NCBI GenBank assembly: GCA_047651235.1
Contig: CP178758.1
Coordinates: 1,830,001-1,862,000 of the forward strand
DNA: 32,000 nucleotides
Source of the DNA: Candidatus Electrothrix yaqonensis
GTDB lineage: Bacteria > Desulfobacterota > Desulfobulbia > Desulfobulbales > Desulfobulbaceae
Direction of reading: 5' to 3'
Part shown: in pieces, positions 14,055-22,590 of the stretch
How positions within the stretch are numbered: position 1 is the first letter of the stretch
Layout of the letters: each line of letters begins with the position of its first letter
Notes under the pieces: generated by a model
What the model was told of the DNA's origin: nothing
The model's input: the letters and a program-made list of their open reading frames with translations, nothing else
Database searches by the model: none
Program-made: the position numbers and the translations under genes

Positions 14055-15212
14055 TTACTGAACAAGTTCAGTGTACAGGCGCATGTAGGCATCTGTCATT
14101 GTTTTTGCAGAGTACTTTTCCGCTATGGTTGCAAAGGCATTGGCCGCCATCCTGTCTGCTTCTTCGGGAAGGCGCAGCAGCCGGAGCATTGCGGAAGCCA
14201 GCTTTTCCGCATTGGCCGGAGGGACCAGCAGGCCGTTTTCCTCATCTTGGATGATCCGGCCTACCCCGCCGACTTCACTTGCAATGACCGGGAGTTGCGC
14301 GGACATGGCTTCCAGCAGGGCCATGGGTGTGCCTTCCAGCAGCGAAGGCAGAACAAAAATATCCAAGGCAGAATAGAATGCAGCGATATTCGGACGGAAT
14401 CCGGCAAAGATCACTGCGTCCGAGATACCGAGTTCTACAGCGTATTGCCGCATTTCGTCCCCCTGAAACCCGTCACCCACAAGAATAAAATGTGCTTCAG
14501 GGAAAACTTTCAGCACCTGCGCAGCTGCAGCAAGAAAGTATTTCTGGCCTTTTTCCGGGCTGATCCTGCCGAATACGCCGATCAGCGGCGTTCCCGGCGC
14601 GATCTTGAATTCTTCGCGAATTGTGTCCCTTGCCTGCTGATCTTTCCGGAATTCCTGCATATCGATCCCGTTGATGATCACCTGCATTTTTCCGGCCGGG
14701 GTCAGATAGCGGCGCATGAGCTGCCGGACCTCCGGTGAAACCGCGACGATTTTCGGAAAAAAGCGGATGTAAAAAGCATCCAGGGATTCAAAGCAGGTGA
14801 CCAGAAAATCACTGCGGATCCAGTTGTGATTTGTGGTGATGAGCCGGGCCGGAGTGCCCATTGCAGAGAGCAGGCCGTAGAGCCGTCCTTTCATTTCATG
14901 GCAGTGGACAACGGCAATGTTCTCCCGGCGGATGAGTTCCCTGATCTGCCGCACCGCTTCCGGATCGATCCATCTCCGGCAGGTGATGACATGCCCCTGA
15001 GCGTCTTTTGCCTGGGCAGCATTGATCAGTTCCATGTTCGGATAGCCTTCCGCTTGGAGCAGGGCTATAGACGGGGTGAAGCGGCTGTGGTCCGTAGCGC
15101 CGATCAGATTCAGGATAATGCGTTCAGCACCGTACAGACCGCGGCTGCTGATCAGATGGAGTACGTTCAGAGGCTGCTGCTCTACGGTATTCTGTGTATT
15201 CTGCTTCGTCAT
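14055..15212 (-). CDS. Glycosyltransferase family 4 (GT-B, group 1)
   Basis: 385 aa. N-terminal LHLISSRGLYGAERI and C-terminal ...LPSLLEGTPMALLEAMSAQLPVIAS...ENGLLV (the E-x7-E region of GT4). Confidence 0.85.
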   Translation of the reverse strand: MTKQNTQNTVEQQPLNVLHLISSRGLYGAERIILNLIGATDHSRFTPSIALLQAEGYPNMELINAAQAKDAQGHVITCRRWIDPEAVRQIRELIRRENIAVVHCHEMKGRLYGLLSAMGTPARLITTNHNWIRSDFLVTCFESLDAFYIRFFPKIVAVSPEVRQLMRRYLTPAGKMQVIINGIDMQEFRKDQQARDTIREEFKIAPGTPLIGVFGRISPEKGQKYFLAAAAQVLKVFPEAHFILVGDGFQGDEMRQYAVELGISDAVIFAGFRPNIAAFYSALDIFVLPSLLEGTPMALLEAMSAQLPVIASEVGGVGRIIQDEENGLLVPPANAEKLASAMLRLLRLPEEADRMAANAFATIAEKYSAKTMTDAYMRLYTELVQ

Positions 15213-15229
15213 TGTTTTTTGTTTACGGT

Positions 15230-16384
15230 TTACTCTGCTTCCGCCCTGCCTGTGCTGCGGAGCGCCAGCCGGACTGCGTCCGCATAGCCTTTTACCGCTG
15301 GTGCGAGGTCATTTTTCCGGGCAAGTATTTTTCCGGCCTCGGCCATACGTTGGCGCATCTCTGGATCACGGGCCATTTTTTCCATTGCTGCAGCCATTTC
15401 ATCCGTATTTTCCGGATCAACAATGATGCCGTTTTCCCTGACCATATCGTTGGCTGCCCCGGCATAGCGGGAACAGATGACCGGAAGACCGCAGGCCACG
15501 GCTTCAGCCACCACCAGGCCGAAAACATCCAGCCGTGTGGGCAGGACAAAGACATCATGCCGGACCATTTCTGCGGGCACAGATTCATACGGGACACTGC
15601 CCGGAAAAAGAACAGCATGCTCACAGCCCAGCTCCTTTGCCAGCGCCTTGAGCGCTTCCAGATCAACACCTTTGCCGATTAGGGTCAGCAGGGCGTCAGG
15701 GACAGATTCCAGCAGCCGGGCAAAGGCCCGGATCAGTAGGTCAATACCCTTTCTCGGCTTTATCTCACCAACATAGACGAACTTGACCGGGTCGTTATCC
15801 TGCCGTGGCGGTTTTTCCGGTACGCCGACTGCAGCCAGATGCTCCTGAATATGGGCGCTCAGGCTGCTGAGAAACTCTTTTGATTTGGGGTAACCGAAGT
15901 TGTCGCTGAAGTGATCCAGCGTGTCTGTACAGGAGCCGATCAGGGCATGGGCAAAAAAAAGCAGAAATCTGCGGTTGCTCCTTCTGAGCAGGCCCATACG
16001 TTTGTCATGGTGATAGGTCATATCTGACCAGATCACATAACTCCGCCGGTTCAACCGCGCCCAGAGGGCACCGATAATGCAGTCAAAACGGAATTCCAGA
16101 CTGACCACCACATCCGGTCGGATCTTCCTTAGCCTCTGCAGCAGCCCGGAAGGATAGCGAATCAGCAGACGCTCTCCGAACATCTGATTGGTTTTCCACA
16201 AAAAAAACGGCTTTAAATAATAGGCGCGAAAGGGCAGGTCCTCAGGAGGGTGCCATTCTCTGCCGACTTCCTTGGGCATGGTATAGAGCACCGTGATATC
16301 AAATTCACGGGCCAGTTCACGCAGCAGGGGCACCCGATAAGGATCGTACCAGGGGCACAGGATCAGGACGGTCTTTTTTTTCAT
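15230..16384 (-). CDS. Glycosyltransferase family 4 (GT-B, group 1)
   Basis: ...FVLPTRLDVFGLVVAEAVACGLPVICS...ENGIIV is the GT4 signature. Start set at the ATG at 16384 (MKKKTVLIL); a GTG at 16402 is the alternative. Confidence 0.8.
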   Translation of the reverse strand: MKKKTVLILCPWYDPYRVPLLRELAREFDITVLYTMPKEVGREWHPPEDLPFRAYYLKPFFLWKTNQMFGERLLIRYPSGLLQRLRKIRPDVVVSLEFRFDCIIGALWARLNRRSYVIWSDMTYHHDKRMGLLRRSNRRFLLFFAHALIGSCTDTLDHFSDNFGYPKSKEFLSSLSAHIQEHLAAVGVPEKPPRQDNDPVKFVYVGEIKPRKGIDLLIRAFARLLESVPDALLTLIGKGVDLEALKALAKELGCEHAVLFPGSVPYESVPAEMVRHDVFVLPTRLDVFGLVVAEAVACGLPVICSRYAGAANDMVRENGIIVDPENTDEMAAAMEKMARDPEMRQRMAEAGKILARKNDLAPAVKGYADAVRLALRSTGRAEAE

Positions 16385-16412
16385 CCGGTTATCTGGTTGC
16401 ACGATTTGCCGG

Positions 16413-17132
16413 TCAGAATTGACGTCGGCGGAAAAAATTTTTTATTCTGCGGGCAGGCTGGAGCAGGATACGCATCACCCATGTTGCACGCCACCCTGTA
16501 TTGTGCAGATCACTGTGTGAAGCACGGTCCCGGATGACTTGCGGTTCAGCAATCAGGGTCAGGGTCTCCGGATATTTTCTCCGGAAGACGTTGAACGCAC
16601 CATCGACATCTATTGGTCTGTGCTGCTCCAGTTCCTCAAGATGCTCAATGAGAGGAGCAAACGTCGGGCGGCTGACAGCGTATGCATGTGTGCATCTGAG
16701 AGAATCGGGCAGCGGGCGCATTTCGACGTGTTCGGTTTTCCGTGAAGCAAGTGTACTGCCTTCAACATGCGTATAGCCGAGGTAGGCGAAGTTCCATGAT
16801 GCGTCCTGCAGTTGCTGCTGCATAGCTGGCCAGAGTTGTTCAAATATACTGACAAATTCCACATCATCTTCTATGACAAGTACGTTTGAAAGGTCGAGTT
16901 CAGCAGCCTTTCTGAGGATGGAGAGATGACTGAGGAAACACCCCCGTACACCCGGAGAAGAAAACCCTGCTGCCTCGGTCGGCTTGACTGCCGGAAACAG
17001 CTCGACTTTTCCCGGAGTAAAGGAAATCCCGATACGTTGCAGCGCTTCTGTTATTTCCCGGCGACGGTCTATCCGCTCAGGAAGGTTGACAACATAGATT
17101 TTGTCGAAGTAGTTTTCCAATCTGTCATTCAT
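16413..17132 (-). CDS. Glycosyltransferase family 25-like
   Basis: 239 aa. N-terminal FDKIYVVNLPERIDRRREI and GCFLSHLSILRKA, VLVIEDDVEF match the GT25 pattern as I recall it. Confidence 0.7.
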   Translation of the reverse strand: MNDRLENYFDKIYVVNLPERIDRRREITEALQRIGISFTPGKVELFPAVKPTEAAGFSSPGVRGCFLSHLSILRKAAELDLSNVLVIEDDVEFVSIFEQLWPAMQQQLQDASWNFAYLGYTHVEGSTLASRKTEHVEMRPLPDSLRCTHAYAVSRPTFAPLIEHLEELEQHRPIDVDGAFNVFRRKYPETLTLIAEPQVIRDRASHSDLHNTGWRATWVMRILLQPARRIKNFFRRRQF

Positions 17133-17196
17133 GGCAATGTTGAAAATAAATTATTCCAGCTGGTTCTGTATGGTTCTCTATATAACGGCGTACCCG

Positions 17197-17883
17197 TCAG
17201 GACGTTTGCTGTTCAACAGCGGGAGATGGAGATGATTCTTCTGCCGCAAATTTCAGGCCGAAGAGATACCATACCATAATGCTGACGATCACCATCTCTC
17301 CTGCATCTTCGATTAATCCAAATACCTGTCCTCCCCAAGGAATGGCCACGTGAGCTACATCCACGACAACACCGAAAAAAACCAGAGAGCATGCCAGCAG
17401 AAAGATATTATGCGATATTTTCCGTTCATGATTGGTACTGAACAGGTAAGCCCAACCTATAAAGGAAAAGAGCAATACGCCGAACACAGCAGATACAGCA
17501 AGCTCCCCGAAATCCTGTGCCCGCAGGTTGAAGATCCCATGAAAACCGAAATAGTTGACCAGGAATTCCCCGAGTTGTTCATGTACTCTGAAGGAATCGT
17601 CAAGCAGAAAATAGAAAAACAATGCAGCCCAGGAAATATAAACTATTCTTTTTTCTTTGATCGCAATGATGCTCAGCAGGAGGATGATCCACAGTTCTTT
17701 TGTATACTGATAAAATTCCGCATATCCTTTATCCTTTTCTACTGAAAACAGGACACTTTCAAGAATACCTGCCATATAGAAAAGGTGGATCAGTACAAAG
17801 GCAAGATCTGCAGCAAGCAACAGAAACAAGAGTTTGTTCGTATTGTCATCTATGTCGAAATATTGTTTTATTCTCAGCTTCAT
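17197..17883 (-). CDS. Polytopic membrane protein, unknown function (about 6 TM)
   Basis: 228 aa with alternating hydrophobic segments. It lies inside the glycan cluster. No motif recognised. Confidence 0.6.
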   Translation of the reverse strand: MKLRIKQYFDIDDNTNKLLFLLLAADLAFVLIHLFYMAGILESVLFSVEKDKGYAEFYQYTKELWIILLLSIIAIKEKRIVYISWAALFFYFLLDDSFRVHEQLGEFLVNYFGFHGIFNLRAQDFGELAVSAVFGVLLFSFIGWAYLFSTNHERKISHNIFLLACSLVFFGVVVDVAHVAIPWGGQVFGLIEDAGEMVIVSIMVWYLFGLKFAAEESSPSPAVEQQTS

Positions 17884-17979
17884 CGCCTGTCCTTGTTATT
17901 CCGCATCTGCCTATGCGGAGCAGTTCTGTTCAGTTTTGTCGCATTTTGCTTTGACTGCTGCTGTCAGCGGCTGAGAGAT

Positions 17980-19137
17980 TTATTGCGCAACAGCATCTTG
18001 ACACAGCTTCAGCATCCGTCCTGCATTATCTTTCCATGTAAAATTATCTTCCATAACCTTTCTGGCGTTTTTGCCGAGCTCATGTCTGAGCTGTATATCT
18101 GTCATCAGGCGTTGTATCTGCTCAACCAAGGCGGCTTGATCACCCGGCGGGTACAACAGACCGCTTACGTTATCCGTAATCAGTTCACAAATCTGGCCCT
18201 GCGCAGAGGAAATAACAGATTTCCCCAGAGCCATGGCCTCAAAGATTTTCAGCGGTGAAAAATAAAACGGGGTGATTTTCGGATAAGGGGCAACAAAAAT
18301 ATCAATAACAGCAAGATATTCCGGTATATCTTCGTGTGGAACATGGCCGGTTATGGTTGTAACTGCAGCAGGAAAATCGGGCATTTCCAATATATCGCTT
18401 GGTTCTCCAATAAGCAGCAGGGCCAGTTCTTCATATTGATTTGATTCACAAATAAGCTCGATAGCTTCTGCCAGCAGAGGCAGCCCATGCCAGGGGGCAA
18501 AACTGCCTGAAAAACCCACAACGGTTTTATTCTGCAGTCCGAGTTGTTCTCGTATCCGGTTGCCGCTGATATCGGGATGAAAGACCTGGGGATCGACCCC
18601 GTTCGGAACGCTGCTTATTTTTTCCGCAGAAATGCCGCATGTTATATAATGTTGCCGTAATGTTTCAGAAACCACCATGTTATGAGTTGCCAGTCCCATT
18701 ATTTTTTTGTCCACCAGCGCCCAGAAAGATTTTCCTCTCAGCTGCTGCTCTTTCGGCATAAACTGGTCTTCCATAGGCGGGGCGTTGATTTCCAGGACAA
18801 GAGGAATTTTCAGCAGACGGCATAACAGAACCGCTGATCTGTACCGTGCCATTCGTAAGATGACAACATCCGGTCTTTCTTTTTTCAGCAGTCGGAATTC
18901 AGCCGCAGCCTGACGGGTAAACATGACAACAAGCAGGCGAATCTCGCGAAGGTGGTTTAAAATATTCGAGAAGCTCTCCTGTGATTCCTGTTCGTCGTCC
19001 TCCGGTGCATCCTGGCGGGCCAAGGGGGTATGCACAACAACATCATCGTGTATTTCTTTCAAAGCAGCGATAAACTGAGTGGTATGTACCCAAGAACCGC
19101 CACCGTATTTCTCATAATTTATGTAGCATATTTTCAT
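17980..19137 (-). CDS. Glycosyltransferase family 4 (GT-B, group 1)
   Basis: 385 aa. ...FVAPYPKITPFYFSPLKIFEAMALGKSVISS...SGLLY is the GT4-type C-terminal signature. Confidence 0.8.
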   Translation of the reverse strand: MKICYINYEKYGGGSWVHTTQFIAALKEIHDDVVVHTPLARQDAPEDDEQESQESFSNILNHLREIRLLVVMFTRQAAAEFRLLKKERPDVVILRMARYRSAVLLCRLLKIPLVLEINAPPMEDQFMPKEQQLRGKSFWALVDKKIMGLATHNMVVSETLRQHYITCGISAEKISSVPNGVDPQVFHPDISGNRIREQLGLQNKTVVGFSGSFAPWHGLPLLAEAIELICESNQYEELALLLIGEPSDILEMPDFPAAVTTITGHVPHEDIPEYLAVIDIFVAPYPKITPFYFSPLKIFEAMALGKSVISSAQGQICELITDNVSGLLYPPGDQAALVEQIQRLMTDIQLRHELGKNARKVMEDNFTWKDNAGRMLKLCQDAVAQ

Positions 19138-19190
19138 AATTTGAATTCAACTATTATGTATTCGGCATTACGGGAATACTGCGGAAATTG

Positions 19191-20045
19191 TCACATGTCA
19201 AACAAATAATTCCACTCTGTCTGCCGGAAAAAGTTCTGCAGCTCATCGTAATTTTCGATAACCTCCGACAGAGAGCGTGTTTCCTGTTTGACTTTACTGA
19301 CTTGTAAATCACGGATATCCGTTCCGATAAATTGCTGAATAGCTTTTAAATGCCTATGGGGATCTGCAGCCAGATCTTCATAAACAATATCGAATACTTC
19401 ATGAAGTCTGATATATTGTTTTATTTCCTCATGCGAAGCCTTTCTCTGCTGAAATTCAGCCAGACATTCTGTCGGATCAATCGTAACAGTTGTTGTTGAT
19501 CGTTCGGATTTATCCAGGATCCCGAATCTGCCGTCTTTCATGGCGACCAGTAATGATGTATATGCTGCCAGCAGATTTTTTCGTGTCAGATGAATAAGTT
19601 TTATGTCTTTATTTTGTTCAAGCCACTGCCGTATACACCGGAATCGGGCATTCCGCTCTATATGTTCAGGGAAGAATTTAAATCCGACTGCCTGTATCTC
19701 ATCCGGATAGAAGGAAAAAATATGGCGATCAAGGAAATCAACAGGATATTTATTTCTCAGGGCAAGGGTTCTGGTGGAATAATTGTCATATCCTTCAACA
19801 TTAAAGCCCACACTGTCTGCAGTGAAAAGTTCTCCGAAGCCGACAATCTGCGGGTGTGTCCGCAAGGTTCCGATCATCATTGAAGAACCGGACCGCTGAT
19901 GTCCGAGGATGATGAATTTCTGATAGCTCCGGTTGCTTCCTTTCAAGCCCCTTGGCAACGAGTCGATATCTGTCGGCTTCACTGCACAGGAAGAAGCGAA
20001 AAGGGCTATTTTTTGTAGTGCATTGTCAATGTGCCGTCCAATCAT
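19191..20045 (-). CDS. Sulfotransferase family protein (PAPS-dependent, Stf0-like)
   Basis: 5'-PSB-like loop ILGHQRSGSSMM. 3'-PB-like IHLTRKNLLAAYTS. Confidence 0.7.
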   Translation of the reverse strand: MIGRHIDNALQKIALFASSCAVKPTDIDSLPRGLKGSNRSYQKFIILGHQRSGSSMMIGTLRTHPQIVGFGELFTADSVGFNVEGYDNYSTRTLALRNKYPVDFLDRHIFSFYPDEIQAVGFKFFPEHIERNARFRCIRQWLEQNKDIKLIHLTRKNLLAAYTSLLVAMKDGRFGILDKSERSTTTVTIDPTECLAEFQQRKASHEEIKQYIRLHEVFDIVYEDLAADPHRHLKAIQQFIGTDIRDLQVSKVKQETRSLSEVIENYDELQNFFRQTEWNYLFDM

Positions 20046-20152
20046 TCGTATATCCTTGGTAGTTACGATGAATAATCTAACTAATAATCTATTGTAACCG
20101 TTTTTATTTGTATCTGCACAGGATTAAAACTGATATTGAAAAAGTACGACAG

Positions 20153-21598
20153 TCAGTTGGCGTGCAGAATTTTCCGAATAAAAACGTCCAGCAGTTCTTT
20201 CTGCACAAGAAGACTGCAGCCCGCATAACTGATACATATAATTCCCAGAATAGCTGTTAGTTCAATGACGTTATGCCATGCGGCCGCACTGGCGACAAGT
20301 TGTGCGAGCAGAACACCGGGAAGGACCGCGATGGTCGGACGGAATACATATTGAGCTGCATCTGAGAATGCCACTCCGGCATCCCAACACATGAAGATCA
20401 GGCGTCCGATCCCGGCTGCCATATACCCGGTTCCTGCCCCCAATGCAGCCCCTATCAGGCCGAAATACTTGGTTCCGATATATACGCTGACAAGAAACAG
20501 GGAGGTCTCAAAAATTTTCATTTTGGAGGCGAAGGAGAATGCTCCGGTTCCGGTTATGTACGGCACGCAGATATGGGTCAGACCTCTGCCTAATGTCACG
20601 AACACCAGGGCTCTGAGCACATTCCCGGATTCCGTCCAGGCCTCTCCGTAAAGGGTGACAATCAGTTCATGGGCAAAAAACGCTGCAGTAATCACAAAAG
20701 GAATAATTGTCGCCAGTTGTACCTGAAGAACATTACCCAGAACAGACCGCAGGCGGAATTTGTCGAGCTGAAGACTGCTGAATACCGGTAATGCGATCCG
20801 GTTTGCTATCTGATGAAGAAAAGAGATCGGGAAGATAGCAAGCTGATATGCAATCACATACAACCCTAATTGTTCACTGCCTTCCAGTGTGCCGACAATG
20901 AGGTTGTCTCCCTGCATCATAATCATGGTACCCGCAGCAATAACGGCAAAATGTTTTGCCACAGAAAGCAGTTCCAGCTGACAGGAGAGATCAAATTTTG
21001 GAATTTTCGGCGGAGGGAAGAAAAAATAGGCGAGCAAATTATCGAGGAACGTGCCAAGGAGAATGCCCCAGGCCAGGGCTTCGGCATCCCGGAGCAGCCA
21101 AGCCATAAAAACAACGATACTCACGTTCAGTACAGCGCAGACAGTTTCATAGACAGTAATCCGTCCGAACTGCATTGCCCGTTCGGCCAAGATGGAGTTG
21201 GGGTTGTACAATCCTTCCACTAAGGGGACAAAGGCAATAATTCGCAATACCTGCATGGTGGCAGGGTTATTGACCAGACTGCTGTATAGAGGGCAGAGTG
21301 CCAGCGCCAGCAGGGTCAGGAGAATTCCCCGGACAATATTCAACAGCCAGATATTCCCGACAATAACATCGTCAATCTTTTTTTTCTGGATTAAATACTT
21401 CTCAACACCGACCGAAGTCAGAGCATCCATTCCCTGAATCAGGACCAGGGCAAGAGCAATCAGGCCGAAGTCCTCAGGAGCCAGGAGACGGGCCAGAACG
21501 ACATTTCTGACAAAACTTATAAGCGTACTGGTAACGGTAAGAGCCGTTAGAAAAGCAGCGCTCTTGGCGGCTGTTTTGCCTAATGCCTCAGAAATCAT
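20153..21598 (-). CDS. MOP-superfamily polysaccharide/oligosaccharide flippase (Wzx-like)
   Basis: 481 aa, about 12-14 TM segments. N-terminal ...ISFVRNVVLARLLAPEDFGL is typical of Polysacc_synt proteins. Overlaps the upstream gene by 11 nt. Confidence 0.8.
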   Translation of the reverse strand: MISEALGKTAAKSAAFLTALTVTSTLISFVRNVVLARLLAPEDFGLIALALVLIQGMDALTSVGVEKYLIQKKKIDDVIVGNIWLLNIVRGILLTLLALALCPLYSSLVNNPATMQVLRIIAFVPLVEGLYNPNSILAERAMQFGRITVYETVCAVLNVSIVVFMAWLLRDAEALAWGILLGTFLDNLLAYFFFPPPKIPKFDLSCQLELLSVAKHFAVIAAGTMIMMQGDNLIVGTLEGSEQLGLYVIAYQLAIFPISFLHQIANRIALPVFSSLQLDKFRLRSVLGNVLQVQLATIIPFVITAAFFAHELIVTLYGEAWTESGNVLRALVFVTLGRGLTHICVPYITGTGAFSFASKMKIFETSLFLVSVYIGTKYFGLIGAALGAGTGYMAAGIGRLIFMCWDAGVAFSDAAQYVFRPTIAVLPGVLLAQLVASAAAWHNVIELTAILGIICISYAGCSLLVQKELLDVFIRKILHAN

Positions 21599-22532
21599 AT
21601 TCGTATTTTTTCATCAGCACCCCGCAATGCTGCTGCAGAATTTTTTTCTCTTCCGGAGACCAGCCGGCTGCTTTCGGAAAGTTGCCGTAGGTCTGCAGGT
21701 TCAGCTTCATGCCCAGTACTTTTTCTATCTTGCCTGCATTGGGCAGATTTTTTCCGTCGGCAATAAACGACAGGACCTTTTGGACACTGTCCCCCGCGTT
21801 ATTGAATATATTTTCAGAACGCATAAACAGCCTGCGGTCATCAGGGATACTGTGGAAAAAATCATCAATATGGGCATTGGTTGCCGTCCACAGCCAGGCA
21901 CATTTTTCCAGCTGACTGCCTGTCTTCCATGCTGCCGCAGCCGGATCATCGGGAAGAGGAGTGATCCGGACGAAATCCCATTGATGGTCATTGTAATAGT
22001 TCCGGCGCATTCCGGAGCGGACAAAATCATAGGGATGCCGGACAAGATGGATGAATTTTGCCTTCGGGTACCGTGCGGCGAGCAGGTTGCAGAGCAATGC
22101 CAGCCGGTTGTTGGTTTCAAAATATAGCTTGTCCTTTCGGGCCGCCTGTCGGATCAGTTCATCCCGACTCACTGCAAGTAGCCCCTGCCAGAAATCTTCA
22201 GACACTTCCGGGCAGAGCTGCATAAAATAAAGATATGATGCTTCAAGCAGCTTGGGATCAGGCTCGTGGTGGGAATTCACATCAGGTAGCAGGTCGGCAA
22301 GAGCAGCCAGAGTTTTTGTACCGCATCGGCCTGTTGACAGCACAAAGACCGGCTGCAGTTCTTCAGTCGGAATATCCTGTTCCTCCACCTGTCCGTCCGC
22401 AGTGCAGGAGGCGATTCTGGCGTAATATTCAACCTGTACCTGTTCATAGATTCTGGTCGTAAAACGGAAAATCCGCATAATCTGGCGTAATGCGCCGACC
22501 GGAAGTTTTTTCAGCAGTCCGTTGAGTTGCAT
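21588..22532 (-). CDS. Sulfotransferase family protein (second, different subfamily)
   Basis: 5'-PSB-like VLSTGRCGTKTL. 3'-PB-like IHLVRHPYDFVRS. It lies immediately downstream of the NRPS (58-nt gap). Confidence 0.65.
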   Translation of the reverse strand: MQLNGLLKKLPVGALRQIMRIFRFTTRIYEQVQVEYYARIASCTADGQVEEQDIPTEELQPVFVLSTGRCGTKTLAALADLLPDVNSHHEPDPKLLEASYLYFMQLCPEVSEDFWQGLLAVSRDELIRQAARKDKLYFETNNRLALLCNLLAARYPKAKFIHLVRHPYDFVRSGMRRNYYNDHQWDFVRITPLPDDPAAAAWKTGSQLEKCAWLWTATNAHIDDFFHSIPDDRRLFMRSENIFNNAGDSVQKVLSFIADGKNLPNAGKIEKVLGMKLNLQTYGNFPKAAGWSPEEKKILQQHCGVLMKKYEYDF

Positions 22533-22590
22533 ATGAACCCCGTTATGACATTATAATTTTGTTCTGTAAGAATAAAATCTGTGGCACAAA

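Noticed and set aside
13881-16537. Plus-strand ORFs across the glycosyltransferase genes (13881-14738, 14826-15287, 15194-15682, 16250-16537 and others)
   Set aside because: They are antisense shadows of GT4 and WecB genes that carry clear family signatures. They have no SD or motifs.
21564-22127. 187-aa plus-strand ORF and 131-aa minus-strand alternative frame over the sulfotransferase gene
   Set aside because: They are shadow frames. The 314-aa minus-strand frame carries the PAPS-binding motifs.
22533-22590. TATAAT on the minus strand (22550-22555) between the NRPS and the sulfotransferase as an internal promoter
   Set aside because: There is a good -10 hexamer but no acceptable -35 at 16-18 nt. 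In AT-rich spacer DNA such hexamers arise by chance, so this is left as a possibility only.
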